This document shows positions 27,819 to 42,447 of a stretch of DNA of 64,000 nt, in pieces. The stretch lies in the NCBI RefSeq assembly GCF_009914755.1, contig NC_060928.1, one strand, 5' to 3'. The translations under genes were made by a program, and so were the position numbers. How positions within the stretch are numbered: the first letter of the stretch is position 1; the number at the start of each line of letters is the position of its first letter. The notes beneath the pieces were generated by a model, which worked only from the letters and a program-made list of their open reading frames with translations, made no database searches and was not told the origin of the DNA. Source of the stretch: the human T2T-CHM13v2.0 reference genome, Homo sapiens.

Positions 27819-29639
27819 TTTAAAAATAATTTTTGACAGGCTTTGTGTGTGTGTGTGTCTCTGTGCGCACATTTTAACTAAGTTGCACATGAAGTAACAT
27901 GTGCCACCAGACTGGACTCTGGAGAATTGTACTGAGTATGATTTGTTCCTGCCTCCTCTTTCAGAAACAGCATGGGTTTGGGGTGGAGAACATACCACTG
28001 ACCTAGGTTCATTAACTGCTTCTGGAACACCATGATTCTTTTGGAAATAATAAGCATATTACATGAATTTTGACCACGTTCTTCTAATGGAAAAGACCAG
28101 ATTATAAAATAATATTCCATTATATTTTAAATTTTAAGACTTTCTAAACCCAACTGAGGGTTTTCCACCTTAAAGCAATTGACATGGAAAGGTTTACAAT
28201 TATAATCACAATGCTGAATCCTTGACTCAGAATGTTTATTAGAGTTTCAAAAACTTATTTGGAGAAACAATACATTCATTTGACATTCTCACCTTCTATG
28301 GGGTACTTTGTTCATGGAAACAACAAAAAGCCACTCAGAGCCAAATATTCTGAATGTGGTGTGTTAATCAATATGTATGATGTTTTTATGGCCCTAAAGT
28401 CATGGCCTAAAATAAACAAACATGTAAACTACTTCTAAAATCAATTTCTAAAGAACGTTCTACATAAAAATATCAAAGGAATGAGTTCTCTGTGGTGACT
28501 AATATGGAAAATAATGTTTAAGCATGCTTGATTACAAAATCTATGACAATATTTTAAATGTGCGTCTTTATCAAATGTCTTAGTTTGATATATTTCAGCA
28601 CATTTTCTGTTGCTCTGCCCTACCTGTAGTAAGTTCTTGTCCACTTTACTGACATCTCTCCACCAATCCATGTTGAGGTTACCGCCGATTCCTACACTCC
28701 AACTTAGTTATTTCTCCCCATACTTCTACTTCCCTGTGAGCCTGCCTCTTCTCACTAATATTTCTTAAGTGATTTGAAAATTACAAAGTTAGAATCAGAC
28801 CTTCTCAGGGAACAGTGAGTCATTTACGAAGGCAAAAAAATCAAACTTCAATTTCTCCTACAATATTTGGGGGGAAAAACAGACATCAATTCTTTACAAT
28901 GTCAGCATAATGCCCATCACAATCAGATCTTTTCCTGACTGTTTGTGGAGGTAGCTTGCTTGTACCTACAAGTCAGCCTGACTGTCTGCCAAAAGAGCCA
29001 GTCTGTGAAGAATTACTAAAATCCCTTGATTACATTTTCTGTTAATGAGGAAAGGTTTTTGAGGGGACATTGATATCCAGTTTATTTTATTCATTTGCTT
29101 CACTTCCAGCAAAAAGCAGAATGTTTCCATCCTTAACTGAAGTTAACTAGATAACTAAGAGATACAATAAAAATGTTCACCCTTGGAAATCTTTATGAAA
29201 AAGAAAAACTCATCAAGTTGTCCAATTCTAAAACCATATTAGAAACAGAATCAAGAACTAGACAATTTCTGGGAACCTCTTTCAACCTTAAAATTTCAAC
29301 TAGATGCTTCAAGTGCACTACATTTGTTTTTATTGCTACATATACCTTGTCCTAAATGTTTGTTGACTGTGATCATAGCATCTAATACACTTAAGAAGTA
29401 AGCAATTAGCACGTTGACTGACTTATCTGAAGAATTTGAATCACATCTGAATTTTGAAATATACCAATAGAAGAAGGTCTGTAGCTGGTTTCTCTGGCCT
29501 CCAACTTACATGAGATAGCCTGGCACAGTGATTAAGTAGGTTAAGTATACAGACTTAAGTAAGACTGCTTGGCCTTAAATCCCAGCTCTGCTACTCATGA
29601 GCTGTGTGGCTTGAGGGACACAGTAGCGAGAAATAAGAT

Positions 29640-30135
29640 AATTGATGACATTGTGTGCCATGATGAGGAGTTTAGACTTCATGTTCTAGAAATGGACATA
29701 GATGGAGAATATACAGATCAGATTTTCACATTAGAAAGCTCACTTTAGAAGTGGTGTAGATAATGTTTCAGAGAGTAGGAAACATTTACAATATTGTAGT
29801 AATCTATTGAGAAATAACAATGGACTGGATCAAGGCAATGAAAAATTGGGAGAGCAATAAACCAGTAAAAAAGGATTAATATTAGGGAAGAAGTAGAATC
29901 CTATTAATTACAGTATAATTGCTTTGGAGGAGGGATAGAAAGCAGGAAGCCTAGATTGTTTCTAACTTGGTCAAATGGTTGGGTGGCGATGCTAATGGCC
30001 TTTATATGGAATACAAGGGGGGAAGCAAGTTTAAGAGAAATAAATACTGTTTTTAGTTTTGGAACATGTTCAATTTGAGTTGCCTGTCAGATGTCCAAGT
30101 AGATGTAACCCCTGGGAAGGTGGATATATAGAACT
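29640..30135 (-). mobile_element. L2 LINE fragment (preceded by a MIR piece at ~29520-29615)
   Basis: gccatgatgaggagtttagactt...cagatttt..cattagaaag.tcact...gttttggaacatgtt.aatttgag.tgcctg. Confidence 0.7.
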
Positions 30136-30408
30136 TTTACTGATAATCTAATCATATAATTGATAGCTTATAATCCTTGGCCTTATTTTTGCCACAATAG
30201 TCTCCCTCTTTGCAATTTTTCCATAGAGTATAATCTTCAACTTTTCTTCATGTTATTAGAGAGTAATAATCATGTTTATATAATTAATTACTTTTGCTCA
30301 CATATTGAGTAAACCGGAAGTCAAAGATTACACTCAGAGCTGGATAAAATTAAGAGTTTTCATTTATTTTGGAAAACGATTTTAGCTTATAAAAATAAAA
30401 CAATCACT

Positions 30409-30900
30409 GTGAAAAGACATGGAAGAATCTTAAATATATACTACTAAGTGAAAGAAGCCAATCTGAAATGGCTACATATGGTATGATTACAACTGCATGA
30501 CATCCTGGATGAGACAAAACTAGATACAGTACAAAGATAATGAATATCAGGCATTAGAGAGGAGGAATGGGTAAATAGGTGGAACACAGAGGATTTTTAG
30601 GACAGTGAAACTATTCTGTGTGATACTATAATTATGGATAAATGTCATTATACATTTATCAAAACCTATAGAATGCACAACACAAAGAGTGAGCCCTTGT
30701 GTATGGGTTTTATTAATAATAATGTATCAACATTGACTCATCAGTTGTAACAAATTTACCACACTAATGCAAACTACAAATCATAGTGGAAGCTAGGGAA
30801 AGAAGGAGGTAAGGGAGTTTATGGAAACTGACTATACTTTTGGTTCAACTATTTTTCGAAACTAAAACTACTCTCAAAAACCAATAAAACCTATTAACAA
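30409..30900 (+). mobile_element. L1MC (MC1/2-like) 3' fragment
   Basis: gaaaagacatggaagaatcttaaat...ctaagtgaaagaagccaatctgaaa.ggctacata...gaacacagaggatttttagg.cagtgaaactattctgt. Confidence 0.85.
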
Positions 30901-33900
30901 TAATTTAAAAAGAATCACACTAGTTCTCTGAACACAAATTTTGCCCTTATATTATTATATGTATATGTATTATGTTACCACTCTGAGATTCCTGCACATA
31001 TAATATGAACAAATGGACCTATTACATTGTTTGATGCTTGTGTAACAATATAATAATGTGTTTTCAACAACTTTGAAAAACACTCACTTTCTTCTTTAAA
31101 AAGTTTTTGACAAAATATATATCCTTTGTCCTAATCTATGTGGTTTTGCACCAATACAACCTGGCTTTACAATTGGTTATTTCTCTGAACTTTGTCTATT
31201 CTGAAGCCTGTAACCTATAATGTGTCCAAAATATGACCCTAAAGCTTAGTTTCAGAACCTTAAAAATATACTGATATCTATTATTGAGACTCTTATCAAG
31301 CCTTTCAAGGTGTTTTGAAAATATGTAAATAGTAGCACATCCCAGGCATGACAGAAAAAAATAAAGACATAGGGCTCTTCTTGAATAGACAGGATATTCT
31401 AACAGCAGGCAAGAAAGCTGTTTGTAGCCTGCCTGCAAGAACAAAAAACTAAGTTCTTATCAGAAATATGAAAGTATGACTACTGATACTAATTTTTAAA
31501 ACAAATCCAAGAAAATCAAAACAAATAGACAAAAGGAAAAAAGCAAACAAAAAAACTTCTATTTTCAATCTCTCCACCGATATTTTTAAAAAGTAATCCA
31601 TCAAAACAGAAACTAAATTCATGATTCCAAAATTATAAATTATTCTCTGGTTGATTCTAACTGCTTAATTCAGATTTGCACTTTATAAATTCAGGGTGGC
31701 ACGGTCTTAAATTTCTTTTTCGTAAAATAACCTCTAATGATGTTGAGGCAAATAAGTAGTGTTTTATGCTTTGCAAAGAGATGGAGAAAGGATTTACTAT
31801 TATGACAACCATTTTACCGATGAAAAAACTAAGGCTTAACGGTGTTATACAATTTATTTGAGGTCGTGCATATTTTTAAAAAATAGGCTAACAAGGTTTT
31901 CTTCCAAAATGATATCCAATGCTCTTTCAGGCTCACCCGCTGTCCCATGCAGAAATCGTAACCACCTTCAACAGTATGTTCTTAGAAATGAAAGTGTGAT
32001 AGTGCACAAGGCATATACCCAGATTGAACATGGGTAACAGACACAGATTAATCATGTATGAAACATCAGAGTATCAAATGTTTCATAGTTATGGCTCACT
32101 TACTCCTGAAGTGGAGAGAGAGGAAGAGGTTAACCATATCCCCAGGCAAAGAGGTCCATCCCTCTAAGTCAGAGGTCCACGTGAGGTTGAAGAAGGGAAA
32201 CTGAGAGAGGACTGGGAAGATGGATATTTCTCTATATGAAGCTCAGGCTGCTTCCAGCACCCCTCACTGGAGCTGATTCTGAGACAGTGTCTTCCTAAAA
32301 CACTGCCGATCTCCAAGCACAGTGCCCCAAGTTCTCTGCCAGGGAAGGGCCGTAGTCTAATGGGTCGGTGGTATTCAAATCAATTCAATGAATAATGATT
32401 TACATTTAAAAAATTTTTTTAAAGATAGAACAGACTGATAGAATAGCACACAGCAGAAGAGAAGAAAAGGACTAAAATTGAGAAGTCATACTGCATTACC
32501 TACTGTAAGAGAGTTTATTTTTGAAACTTTTTTTAGGAGTGTGAGTGGAGGAGGGAGGAGACAGAATCACAATGTAAAATATATTTCTTTCTCTGTTAGA
32601 AAAGTTTAAAAGCCACTGGCCTCTATCCTAGTTAGCACTTGGAAAAAGGACAAGCAGCCTGCATTCTTAGCAGCCCCACCACCACTTTTGTCCCTTCTTT
32701 TGTGTGCTCCTGCCATTGCTGTGCAGACTTTCCAGCCAGGCTTCTTGTTAACCATGTCTTTAAAGTATCAGGACTGAAAAAGTGAGCAACAACAATACAG
32801 TCGAAGCCACTTCCTTTCATTAATTTTGTTTAAAACTGATTGACACAGCTGTCATCGTGACATTGTAAACTTTGATAATATATTTTGACCTACACAAATT
32901 TAGAGCTGAAAAACTGTCTACGTATAATTTATCTCCCACCAGGTAGTTAATAAATTTAAGGCAACTGAATGTAATTCTTCCACAAAGCTTTCTTATTCAA
33001 GATTTAACAGAAAGCATTGCTTCTGATTATTTGAAATGTTTATATTAGAAGTCAGAGGATGCAAGTTCCAGTGAGAATTTCTTTGTCAGAGGCATTGATT
33101 ATAGTACATTGGGCAGATCATGAAACACCTCTTAAGCAGATTTCCTCGTGTGTAAAATGAGCAAGTTAAATTAGGCAATTCCCAATGTGTCATCCAGTTC
33201 TGTGTCCTGCTTTAGTCTGTTGTATAAGTTCTTGAAACTTTTAGATAATAAAGTTTCTTTTGGTCCTTTCTATAAAACTATCTTTAATGATAATATTTAA
33301 GCACATTTGAAGAATCCTCTTACTTGGTTATTAAAATATTCAAACGTTTTAAAAGAGTCTTATCAGGTTGAAAGTAAATGTTAAGAAGGTTTTTCACACT
33401 GAAAATTAATAAAATATTATTTATGAAAAGTAAATAGCAAAAAAACTCTTTAGTACATAATTCAAGATATAAAGATAAATATATACTGTTTAAAATATTT
33501 GTGCATATTATATTAACATTTTATGAGCTTAAGTCATAGTTACTTGCACATTTTAATCAGACATGAGTTTCTTTAACAAGTCTATCACAGAGAAAAAAAT
33601 GGAAGTATATTTAAACTCCAAATATTAAATTAAGTAGGATTAAAGAAACAAAAAGCACCTGTTTTGGTAAGAACCTACATAGCATTCTTTCGGCACCCGT
33701 GAGTGATGAAACAGACCAGAGCACAGAATGAATTTTCAGCAATCAGACTTGATTGTTATAGCTTTAATTAATGTACAGGCTTTTTTGATAACTATGAGAA
33801 ATCACGATTTTGTTGCCCGACTCCAGAAAATATGAGGTTAACAGTAAAGGTGTAATTTTTGTTATCAAGGATTTTTCTGTTGTGGTTGCTGTTATTTCTG

Positions 33901-34793
33901 GCAGGATTTCCAAAACAGTTGAGCAAGAAATGGGGCTTAAAATTTTATAAAGCTAAAAGTAGATGGCTGCATATTCCAAAAAGGAAAATACTGTCACTAA
34001 AGAAGAGAAAGTGGAACAGAGAGAAAAGAGAACTGTTGAGCGAGCTGGAGGAAATGCTCACATTTATAAGTAGATAATTGTAGAGAAATAAGTGAAGAAA
34101 ATAAAGAGGAATGAACCAGAGAAAAAAACAGAAACACCATAATAGTAAACATGCAAAAAATAACTTAGGTATAAGGACTAGACAATAGGCTGCTGAGAGT
34201 ACAGAGCATGGTTAATGGGGAAAAAAGACTCTGGATTTCAGAAGACTAACACAATACCTGTTGCTCCAAATTTCAAAGGGTTGAGAGGAAATAGAACGTG
34301 AAAACCATTATTTGAATGTGATTGTAATTTCAGGTGATATTGAATGATAATTCTTCCCTCTGCCTCTCATTTGGATGAAGATTTTTTAGTCCATTACCAG
34401 ATAGAAACATTTACTGGCAGTTTGTTTCCAATATGTTAAATGAAATTTATCACATGCTTCCATGAAATGTGTTTCACTCTTGATTTAACATTACTAAAAT
34501 ATTTCAATTTACCTAAATCGCCAAAAAATCTCAAAATGAAAAAAAAAAAAAGAAAGAAAATGATATGGAAACAATGAATTCCCAGTTTCTGAGTCCTCCT
34601 GGAAGAGACAGCTGACACTCAACAAAGGTTGTCAGCCTTCCAAAATCCTAGCAAGCTGTCTTGGCCAATACACTATGTAGAAAGTGTCAAGAATCTTGTC
34701 TGTGCAGGGGCTATCTCACTTTGGAAAATATCAAATTAATACTTTTAGAAGCAGTCTAATATGCTGTTCAATTATTTTGGTTCTTGTGGTTAA

Positions 34794-35129
<336 letters not shown>

Positions 35130-36329
35130 ATGATTGTATTGTTAACATCTGAGGTACCATTGTTTCCATGCTCTTTCCACAATTCCACTAATTACTTAAT
35201 TATTTGCCAGCTTGCTTATTTTCTGCAATACAACATTGACTTATCCTCTCTTAATGTAAACATTAAATAGTAGAAATGTGACATCATGTGTATGTGCATG
35301 TTTATTTTGTCTTGTTTTGCTTTATAATTCTTACTCTCAGAGTAATTGAGTTCATTTGTTTCCTTCTTGTACATCATATGCATTAGTTTAGTCACCCCTG
35401 CCCAACTTGGAGGGGAGATTAAGAGGCCACTTATTTGGTGCATGAGCATTTGACTTTACTTATTTCTGTAATGGCAGTGGTAATGATGTCATCAGCAAAA
35501 TAACTAAGTGCACTTTCTTATTCTTCAGAGTTTTTTTCATATATATTATCTCATGTGATCCTCACCATTGCCCAGTAAGTTAAGTATTATTACTCTTACG
35601 TTATTGTTGTTATTGTTATCCCTATTTTATGGGTATACTAAAAAAAAGAAAAGACTAGAGAGATGAAGTGACTTTTCCAAACCCATTAAACTAATCAGTG
35701 GTGAGTGGAATTTAAAACCTGTTTGAAATTGTAGTGCTGTGATGTGGATATAGATCATCTAATTATCTGAACGGCAGCTAGAAAGGGTCAAAGGTAAGGA
35801 AAAAGCAAAAGCAATACAAGACTCTAAATTTAGAGAATTTCCCCAGTCTGATCAGGATGTAAGACATGTCAGCCAAACAAACAAAGCCATTGCAGAGAAA
35901 CCATTGGGAAAGCCTGTGCTTCTCTGTCACATAGCGACATTCAGATTCAGAAAGATGAGGACAGGGGAGTTTGTTGCTGGTTTTGAAGAAAGAAGAGAGA
36001 ATAAGCTTTATGCAACAGAATCTACTTTCTACTTGGGGTGACACTATAATTTATACTTTAATGGGAAAGAGTAGAAGAAAGGTAGGGGTATATGGGAGGA
36101 CGGGGGGCAAGTAGAGGCAGGGATGAAAATAACGTATTGCTATGGTGCCTGCCTTAGTATCCATGAAGTACTAACATACTTTAGACTTCTCAGAATAGCA
36201 GCTGGGAGCAACAGGGAGTTTGGATTTTGTTGTGACTTTTAATGAAATTGGAGTTATACCCATGTCATTCAAGTATAGAGAGAGAAGAGTAAGGGTTCAT
36301 GTTCTTCCTAAATTCAGAATAAACAGCAT

Positions 36330-36620
36330 ATTGTAGCAGCATAAGCAGGTGGTTTGATATATGGGTTCTAATATTAGATTGCTTAGGTTTGAACTTTAGC
36401 TTTCTCCATTTACAGTGGTGTGACTTGTACACATTGTATAACCTCTCTATGTCTCAGGAATGTCTTTTTTATTAAATGTTTCATCATTTATAAAAATAAG
36501 GATGATACTAGGATTTGCTTCAAAAGGCTGCCTAGAGGATCAAAAGAGTTAACGCAATTGACGATTTAGTTTCATGCCTGGCATAGAGTGAATAATCAAT
36601 TAATGGTACCCTTTATTATA
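36330..36620 (+). mobile_element. MIR SINE
   Basis: gtgtgacttg..cacattg.ataacctctct.tgtctcag...tgcctggcatagagtgaa..atcaat. Confidence 0.7.
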
Positions 36621-39600
36621 AGTTATTGTGTGCCGTAAGTTCTTGCAAGCTAGTTTAAGGAAATAATATACCTGAAGATCGCTCACTTCTTCTATTTCCC
36701 TGAAGAAAGAACAATCTTATTCCGGATAATAAAGTATAACATGAAGATCTAATGTCTCTTGGGAAAGGTTTGGACAGAACTACCACTTTGAGAAGTCATT
36801 TTCCCTAATTGTGATATTTTTATTTGTTTTGTCATTTAATGTACTTATTTGCTCATTGATTTTTTAAAATTGTAGATTTGTTCTTTTTTTGCTCTAGATT
36901 ATTTTGTTTTAAATTAGATACTGCAAAGTATTTAAAAGGATATCTGATGTCCATTTGTCCCTTTTGACTCTGTGGAAAAAGATAAGTAACATTTTTTTAA
37001 AAATTGACTACTTTTGTATTTTTGCTGATTTTATTTCTGAATTTATATTTAAAGCACATAGAAAAATCTAAACTATTATTCAGGTTCCCAAAATATAATC
37101 TGTTGTGCAGATTCAGGGGTTGTGGAATACATGTTAGAGTAGCAATTCTGTTGTTAGCGATACATAAACTAATTACTTCTATTAAAAAAAATTTAACAGG
37201 ATATTGCAATCTTTCTGCTTTAAAGTTTTCTTTGATTAAATTTGCCATTACAAAGAAAAGAACCTACCAAATGCTGTATCAACTGACTTCTTTGAAAGAA
37301 TGCTTTATGTTTGTCCTAACACTACAATTAGAGAAAAATATGTTATTCTGCTCTAGTTCCTGTCAAGAGTGGACAGAGGAGGAACAGAAAATTGACCTTT
37401 GCTTACCTTAAATAGTAATACTAAATTTTTCTTATGCATTCTATATTAAATCTTTCTGTGTAATCTTAAAGCGATGCTACATAATGCAATATGTCTATCA
37501 ATTATGATTAGCCTTACTTCCTTTTGGTTTATGCTTTTGGACTGTTAAAAAAAGGACGTAGTAAGGGGCTCAGGCAGACACAAATATCACATAAACCTTT
37601 TGAACAATCAGATAAATAACTAAAAACGGGTTTATCTCCTTGTTATAAGTGAGCACAAGTGACTAGAGGCATAAGGAAGTAAAACAACTCCAACAGGCCG
37701 TCAGAAAGTCACAGGTAGAAATAAGATTGTAATTGATTTTGCTGTTAATTCAATACTAAAGAATAAACAGCCATTAGAGACTGAGTCTAAAATGGTAAAT
37801 ATGTTAACTATTATAAATTTCTTCTAAAATGTAACCGATTATTTTAATGTACATTTAAAGCAATTTTGTAAGGAAATGAAGAAGAGCCAATATTTTCCTA
37901 GATCAGAATATACTAGCTATAGTTCTATGACATTGCCTTACCTAATCTTAAAATTATAAGTTTCAAAATATCTTGGAAAGGAGAAGAGGGTGCAAAAGTT
38001 TGTATTGTAGAAGAATATTCAAGAAGATTATGACAGGGTCAGAGTCACAGCTGGAGTAAGTTTGAGCAACTTTGTCCTCTTGCGCTCTCTAGTCTAACAC
38101 AAAAATAAAATGATGGATGTTCATATTAGATTATCATTAAAATACTTTTCTTGCTATTCAAGAACTAACTTTCCACTTGTATCAACTATCAATTTTCTAT
38201 AATTCATGGTGAGAGGAAAGGAACGTTAATGTAGATTATTTCAAATTCCTTTATTTTTTAAAATTTAATCGTAAAAATGATTTGCTTTCCTGATTGTGTT
38301 TAGTGTTAGTCAATGTCCAGAGAGGCTATCAGATTATTTACTCCTAAGCAGGAGAAAGTTGGGCTGAGGTTAGAAAAAAAAGTCATGGATAATTTCAGAA
38401 AGTAAAGAGATCCCTTACCGAATATTAGAGTATATAGTTTATTTCAGTGAGCACTTTCATGAATGTTTGTGCATACAGATACAGCATACTTTCATTAAAG
38501 AAAATGCAGTCTACAAATATTAGTGCTCTTTAGTCAACTCGTTCAAGCTTCTCTTTCAATGAATTTCAAGAATTCTTTTCTCACAACATAACTTCATCCA
38601 AACCACTATCCTTGAAGTGTCCCAGTCATATCAGAAAATCATAGAATCTGAATTTGTGTTAAACCATAGCTTCTTTTTAGAAACACATGCCAGAAAGTTT
38701 ATCTACATTTAAAATATAACTATAAATATCACTATTCTAGTCACTTTTAAAAGAATTGCAAAATGCTACTGCATTGCATTCAAATTAAATTCATCTGCCC
38801 GTCTCAAAAAGACAAAACGAGAAGAATAAAATAAGCAATTACAAACACAAATCCAAAGGTTTTTCATTCACACAGAAAAATATGTGAATTGCAAAGCTTG
38901 ATTTTTTTAGTAGTTTGGGTTTTTAAAATTTGTTTTGAAGGTGGTCCATAAAAGTCAACACCTCAAACTTTAGAGATAGTATCGAGAAATGGCATACTTC
39001 ATCAAAATATATTTATTCACATGATATTGAAGATTTTGTTTGAAATTACTTTTAATTTAGAACATCTGAAACAGTATCCTTAGAAATTGACATATATATT
39101 AAAATGCATAAATATTTATATATTATGTAAATATACTAGTAACAGTCTGAAACTTAATTTAGCCTGTATACATATACAGCACATACATGCAGTACTTATT
39201 AGCAATAGCTGCAAATGAAAAGGCAAATTAAAACATTGATGCGAATAATTCAGCAGTTCATTTTTTGCTAATTCTGTATCAATCATCTGAATACTATCAC
39301 TCTCAATTTCCTATGTCAGTTTCCATTATAACTCATACTGTGTTTTTGAAAGCCAACCTTAAATTGAGAAATGTAACACCTCTGGAGAACAGTGGATTTT
39401 CTCTCTCTAAATTTTTTCTAAAATTCAAAGCCACATTTTCTAAAAGTGATATTACAAATAATCCACCTTGCCTATGGAACAAGTAGAATTCCTGTAAATA
39501 AGAATGTTTATCTTTATATGAAATCAGGCAACTTTCAATAAAACTATAGAGCTCATATAGTCTCATTTTCACTTTTGTAGATTAACGAATTACTAAATTT

Positions 39601-41871
39601 ATTCAAGAATTTCTTCTGCAGTGACAATATTTAATTCTCTATCCTGAAAAATTAAAATAGGCTATTTTCAACATCCATTTAAGAGAAAGAACACCAAGGA
39701 CTGAGTTTCCAATCTGCCTACTTGAAGCTGCATCCTAGAGCTTCTTCCTCCTGTATCCCTGAAAGGAATATATTTCAACATCATCTGTCAAGTATAAAGG
39801 GAATTGGGGGAAATAAAACTTATTAGGTCTTAGGATGATACTACATGATTAGCTAATTTGATTAGTTGACACATTAATTCCAATATTTTCAATCATATTT
39901 ACTATTGTGATGCATAAAAATTCAGCTCAGCTACATTTCTATTCTAGAGTTTTTCTCTACAAAAGGAAATAACATCTTCCCTGTAATAGCCTTTCTAATT
40001 TCCATTTCATTTCTGAAAATAATAATACTAAGAATGTTGGTGACCACATAACTATAGAATAAAAAAGATAAAGAGACTCATAAGTATCCAAAGAATTATT
40101 CTTTTCACTTCAAAGAGAAAATATTTTACTATTTGTTTCTTCATAACAGTACATACTTTAGATCATTCGTTAAAGAAGAATACACAAAATAAAATTTTCA
40201 CATTTGCCAGCTAGCCTCCTGCTATTCAACCCAGTATTTTATTTTGTTTTACCTTCATCTTGAATATGTTAACAATTTTTTTCACAAGCCTAATGTCAAA
40301 TTTTAACAATCTAGGATTCCAGTTAAGTAAATATAATAAAATATATTCCATAGAACTGCTATGTTATGAAAGGCATATAAGAAATTCAACTCATTTGTGA
40401 AATAAATAAATAAATTCTCAATTTAAGGCGATGTAAGTAGACTTCCAAACTCTTTAAGAAGCATAATTAAGTAGCTATTTGGAGAGGTAGCACCACAAAA
40501 ACATATTTTATACCGATTTATATACAGATACAGTATTAAAACATAAAGAAGAAGCTAGGTTCTGGGATGCATCCCTCAGTCTCCCCTGTGTAACGCTAAG
40601 GCTAATGAAACGACGCATGTAACTGATTTTCTGACAGAGGAACATCAGGTATGTTGGCCCAATAGTGGAACAGAAACAAAAAGCGCTTTACAAAAATTCC
40701 CAGAAAATACATAGATTAGAATGGAAAGGAACCTCAGGACTATTGAGGTTTCCTTCCCTGTGTCCTTGGGGGAACTACACATTAAGCTTTCTTCAACTGG
40801 GAACATGAAATTTGAAGTCAGTAGCATTAGAGGAGTCATGATTTGGATTGAGAGCACCCATTCTTTCTAATCCCTGTTCCATTTCATGACAGACTTCTAA
40901 GAAACTGTTAGGACCATTGCTATTGAAAATCCTGGGGTGACTCGCAGGAGAGAAAAAGCGAAGGAAAGTGGTCACATAAGCGCGTAGGCATGTGCACGTG
41001 TGTGAGGATGTGCAACGGTTATGTTTGCCTGAACGTATATGTACTTTCTTATTTTTCCTGAGACCTTAAAAAAAATCTGATTGCTGATTTTGTAATCCCT
41101 TGAAAGGATAGCTGAAACGGTTCACACTTCAAAGCTCTGGGAAGAGTTCTGGAACTGCAAAACTAGCAAAACTGCAAAATTGTCCCCGTGAGAGGGCAGT
41201 AGGGGGCCAAGCCCGGGTCTTGTCTCTCTGTCCATCCCAGAATGGCTCGGCCCTCTCAACCAACCTTCAGCCGGCTGGCTGCGCTGTGGACAGGGGCGGC
41301 GGAGGACACCGAGAGCGCGCAAAACAGCAGCATCAGTCGGTTCCAAGGAAACTCGGATCTCTGGGGCGTGGGCCGCTGCCAGGGGTTGACACTTGTGTTG
41401 TGCGAGGTGCGTGTGCCATTGGTAAAATGGCTTTCTCAGTTTTGGCTTCCCACAAAAGGAGCGGAAGGGGGAGCTGTCATGATTCCCAGTGCCCACAGAG
41501 CCCCCTCTCCTGGCCACAGCGCGCCAGCCACAACTGGTACCGAGTGTGCGCGCTCGTCTCTGTGCGTGTCTATTTGTATAACAGTTTGCAAGTGGCTTTC
41601 AATCTATCTGTCTGTATGACAGAGACAGAGGCGCCTGCGGAAAGTTCCCTCTCTCAAAAACGCCTTCAGTGTCCTGCTGTATCGCTGGCGCCTACGACGC
41701 TGTCATTGTCATCTCATCATTTTGCTTCCTTCCGGGTGATTTATGTACAATTCTGCGTGAGTGAGAAATGCGCGTCTACTGGAGTTGTTTTGTCTGTGAC
41801 CTTACTTCTTTGAAGAGAGTAAGTGGTTGGAAGGGAAGGAGACCCTGAAAAGGAGTAATGTCCCCTCCAGA

Positions 41872-42116
41872 TTGTAAAATATAATGGTTAAACGCCCAGT
41901 ATCTCAATGTCTAGACTGAAATCCCTCTCTGCCACTTATACTAGCTGTGTGCCTTGGGCAAATCGTTAATCAATCCGTGCCTCAATTACTTCATTAGCAG
42001 AATGGGAAAGCAACAGCATCTAGCTCACAGAGTTGTGAAGATTAAATGAGTGAATATGTAAAACGCTTAGAACTGTGCCTGGCACGTTATTAGGTGCTAT
42101 AGGTTAAATGCTATTA
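41872..42116 (+). mobile_element. MIR SINE inside the CpG domain
   Basis: ctctgccactta..ctagctgtgtg.ccttgggcaa...gttgtgaagattaaatgag...aaacgcttagaactgtgcctggcac. Confidence 0.85.
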
Positions 42117-42447
42117 ACATCTTCATCAGTTGCATCACAGTGTTAAATGGAAGGACCATCCTGACCACTTTCTCCACAGGAAAGCACTAGATCTTGATAC
42201 GTGCCCACGCCCCAGAGCAAAGGCGAGACAGAATCCTAACCCTTTGACTCCGTGCAGTGCAGGACCAGCAGCCACCCAGACACCCCCCGCCCACGCAGAC
42301 CCTGTTCGGTGAATCCCTCCCCAGCCGCCTGTTCTCTGTATCTGGGGCCACGCTCCGAATGTTGCAAGATGCAATGGCAAACCGCTAGCCCAAGAGAGCT
42401 GGCCCCTGCCTCTTCTGTCTGAAGAATGTGTTTGGGGGTTTTCCTAC

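Noticed and set aside
42385-42447. The ORF-track extension VGKPPNTFFRQKRQGPALLG after DKK2 Gln74 (94-aa ORF)
   Set aside because: It is read-through past the canonical CAG|GTAGGA donor into intron 1. There is no evidence in the sequence for a retained-intron product.
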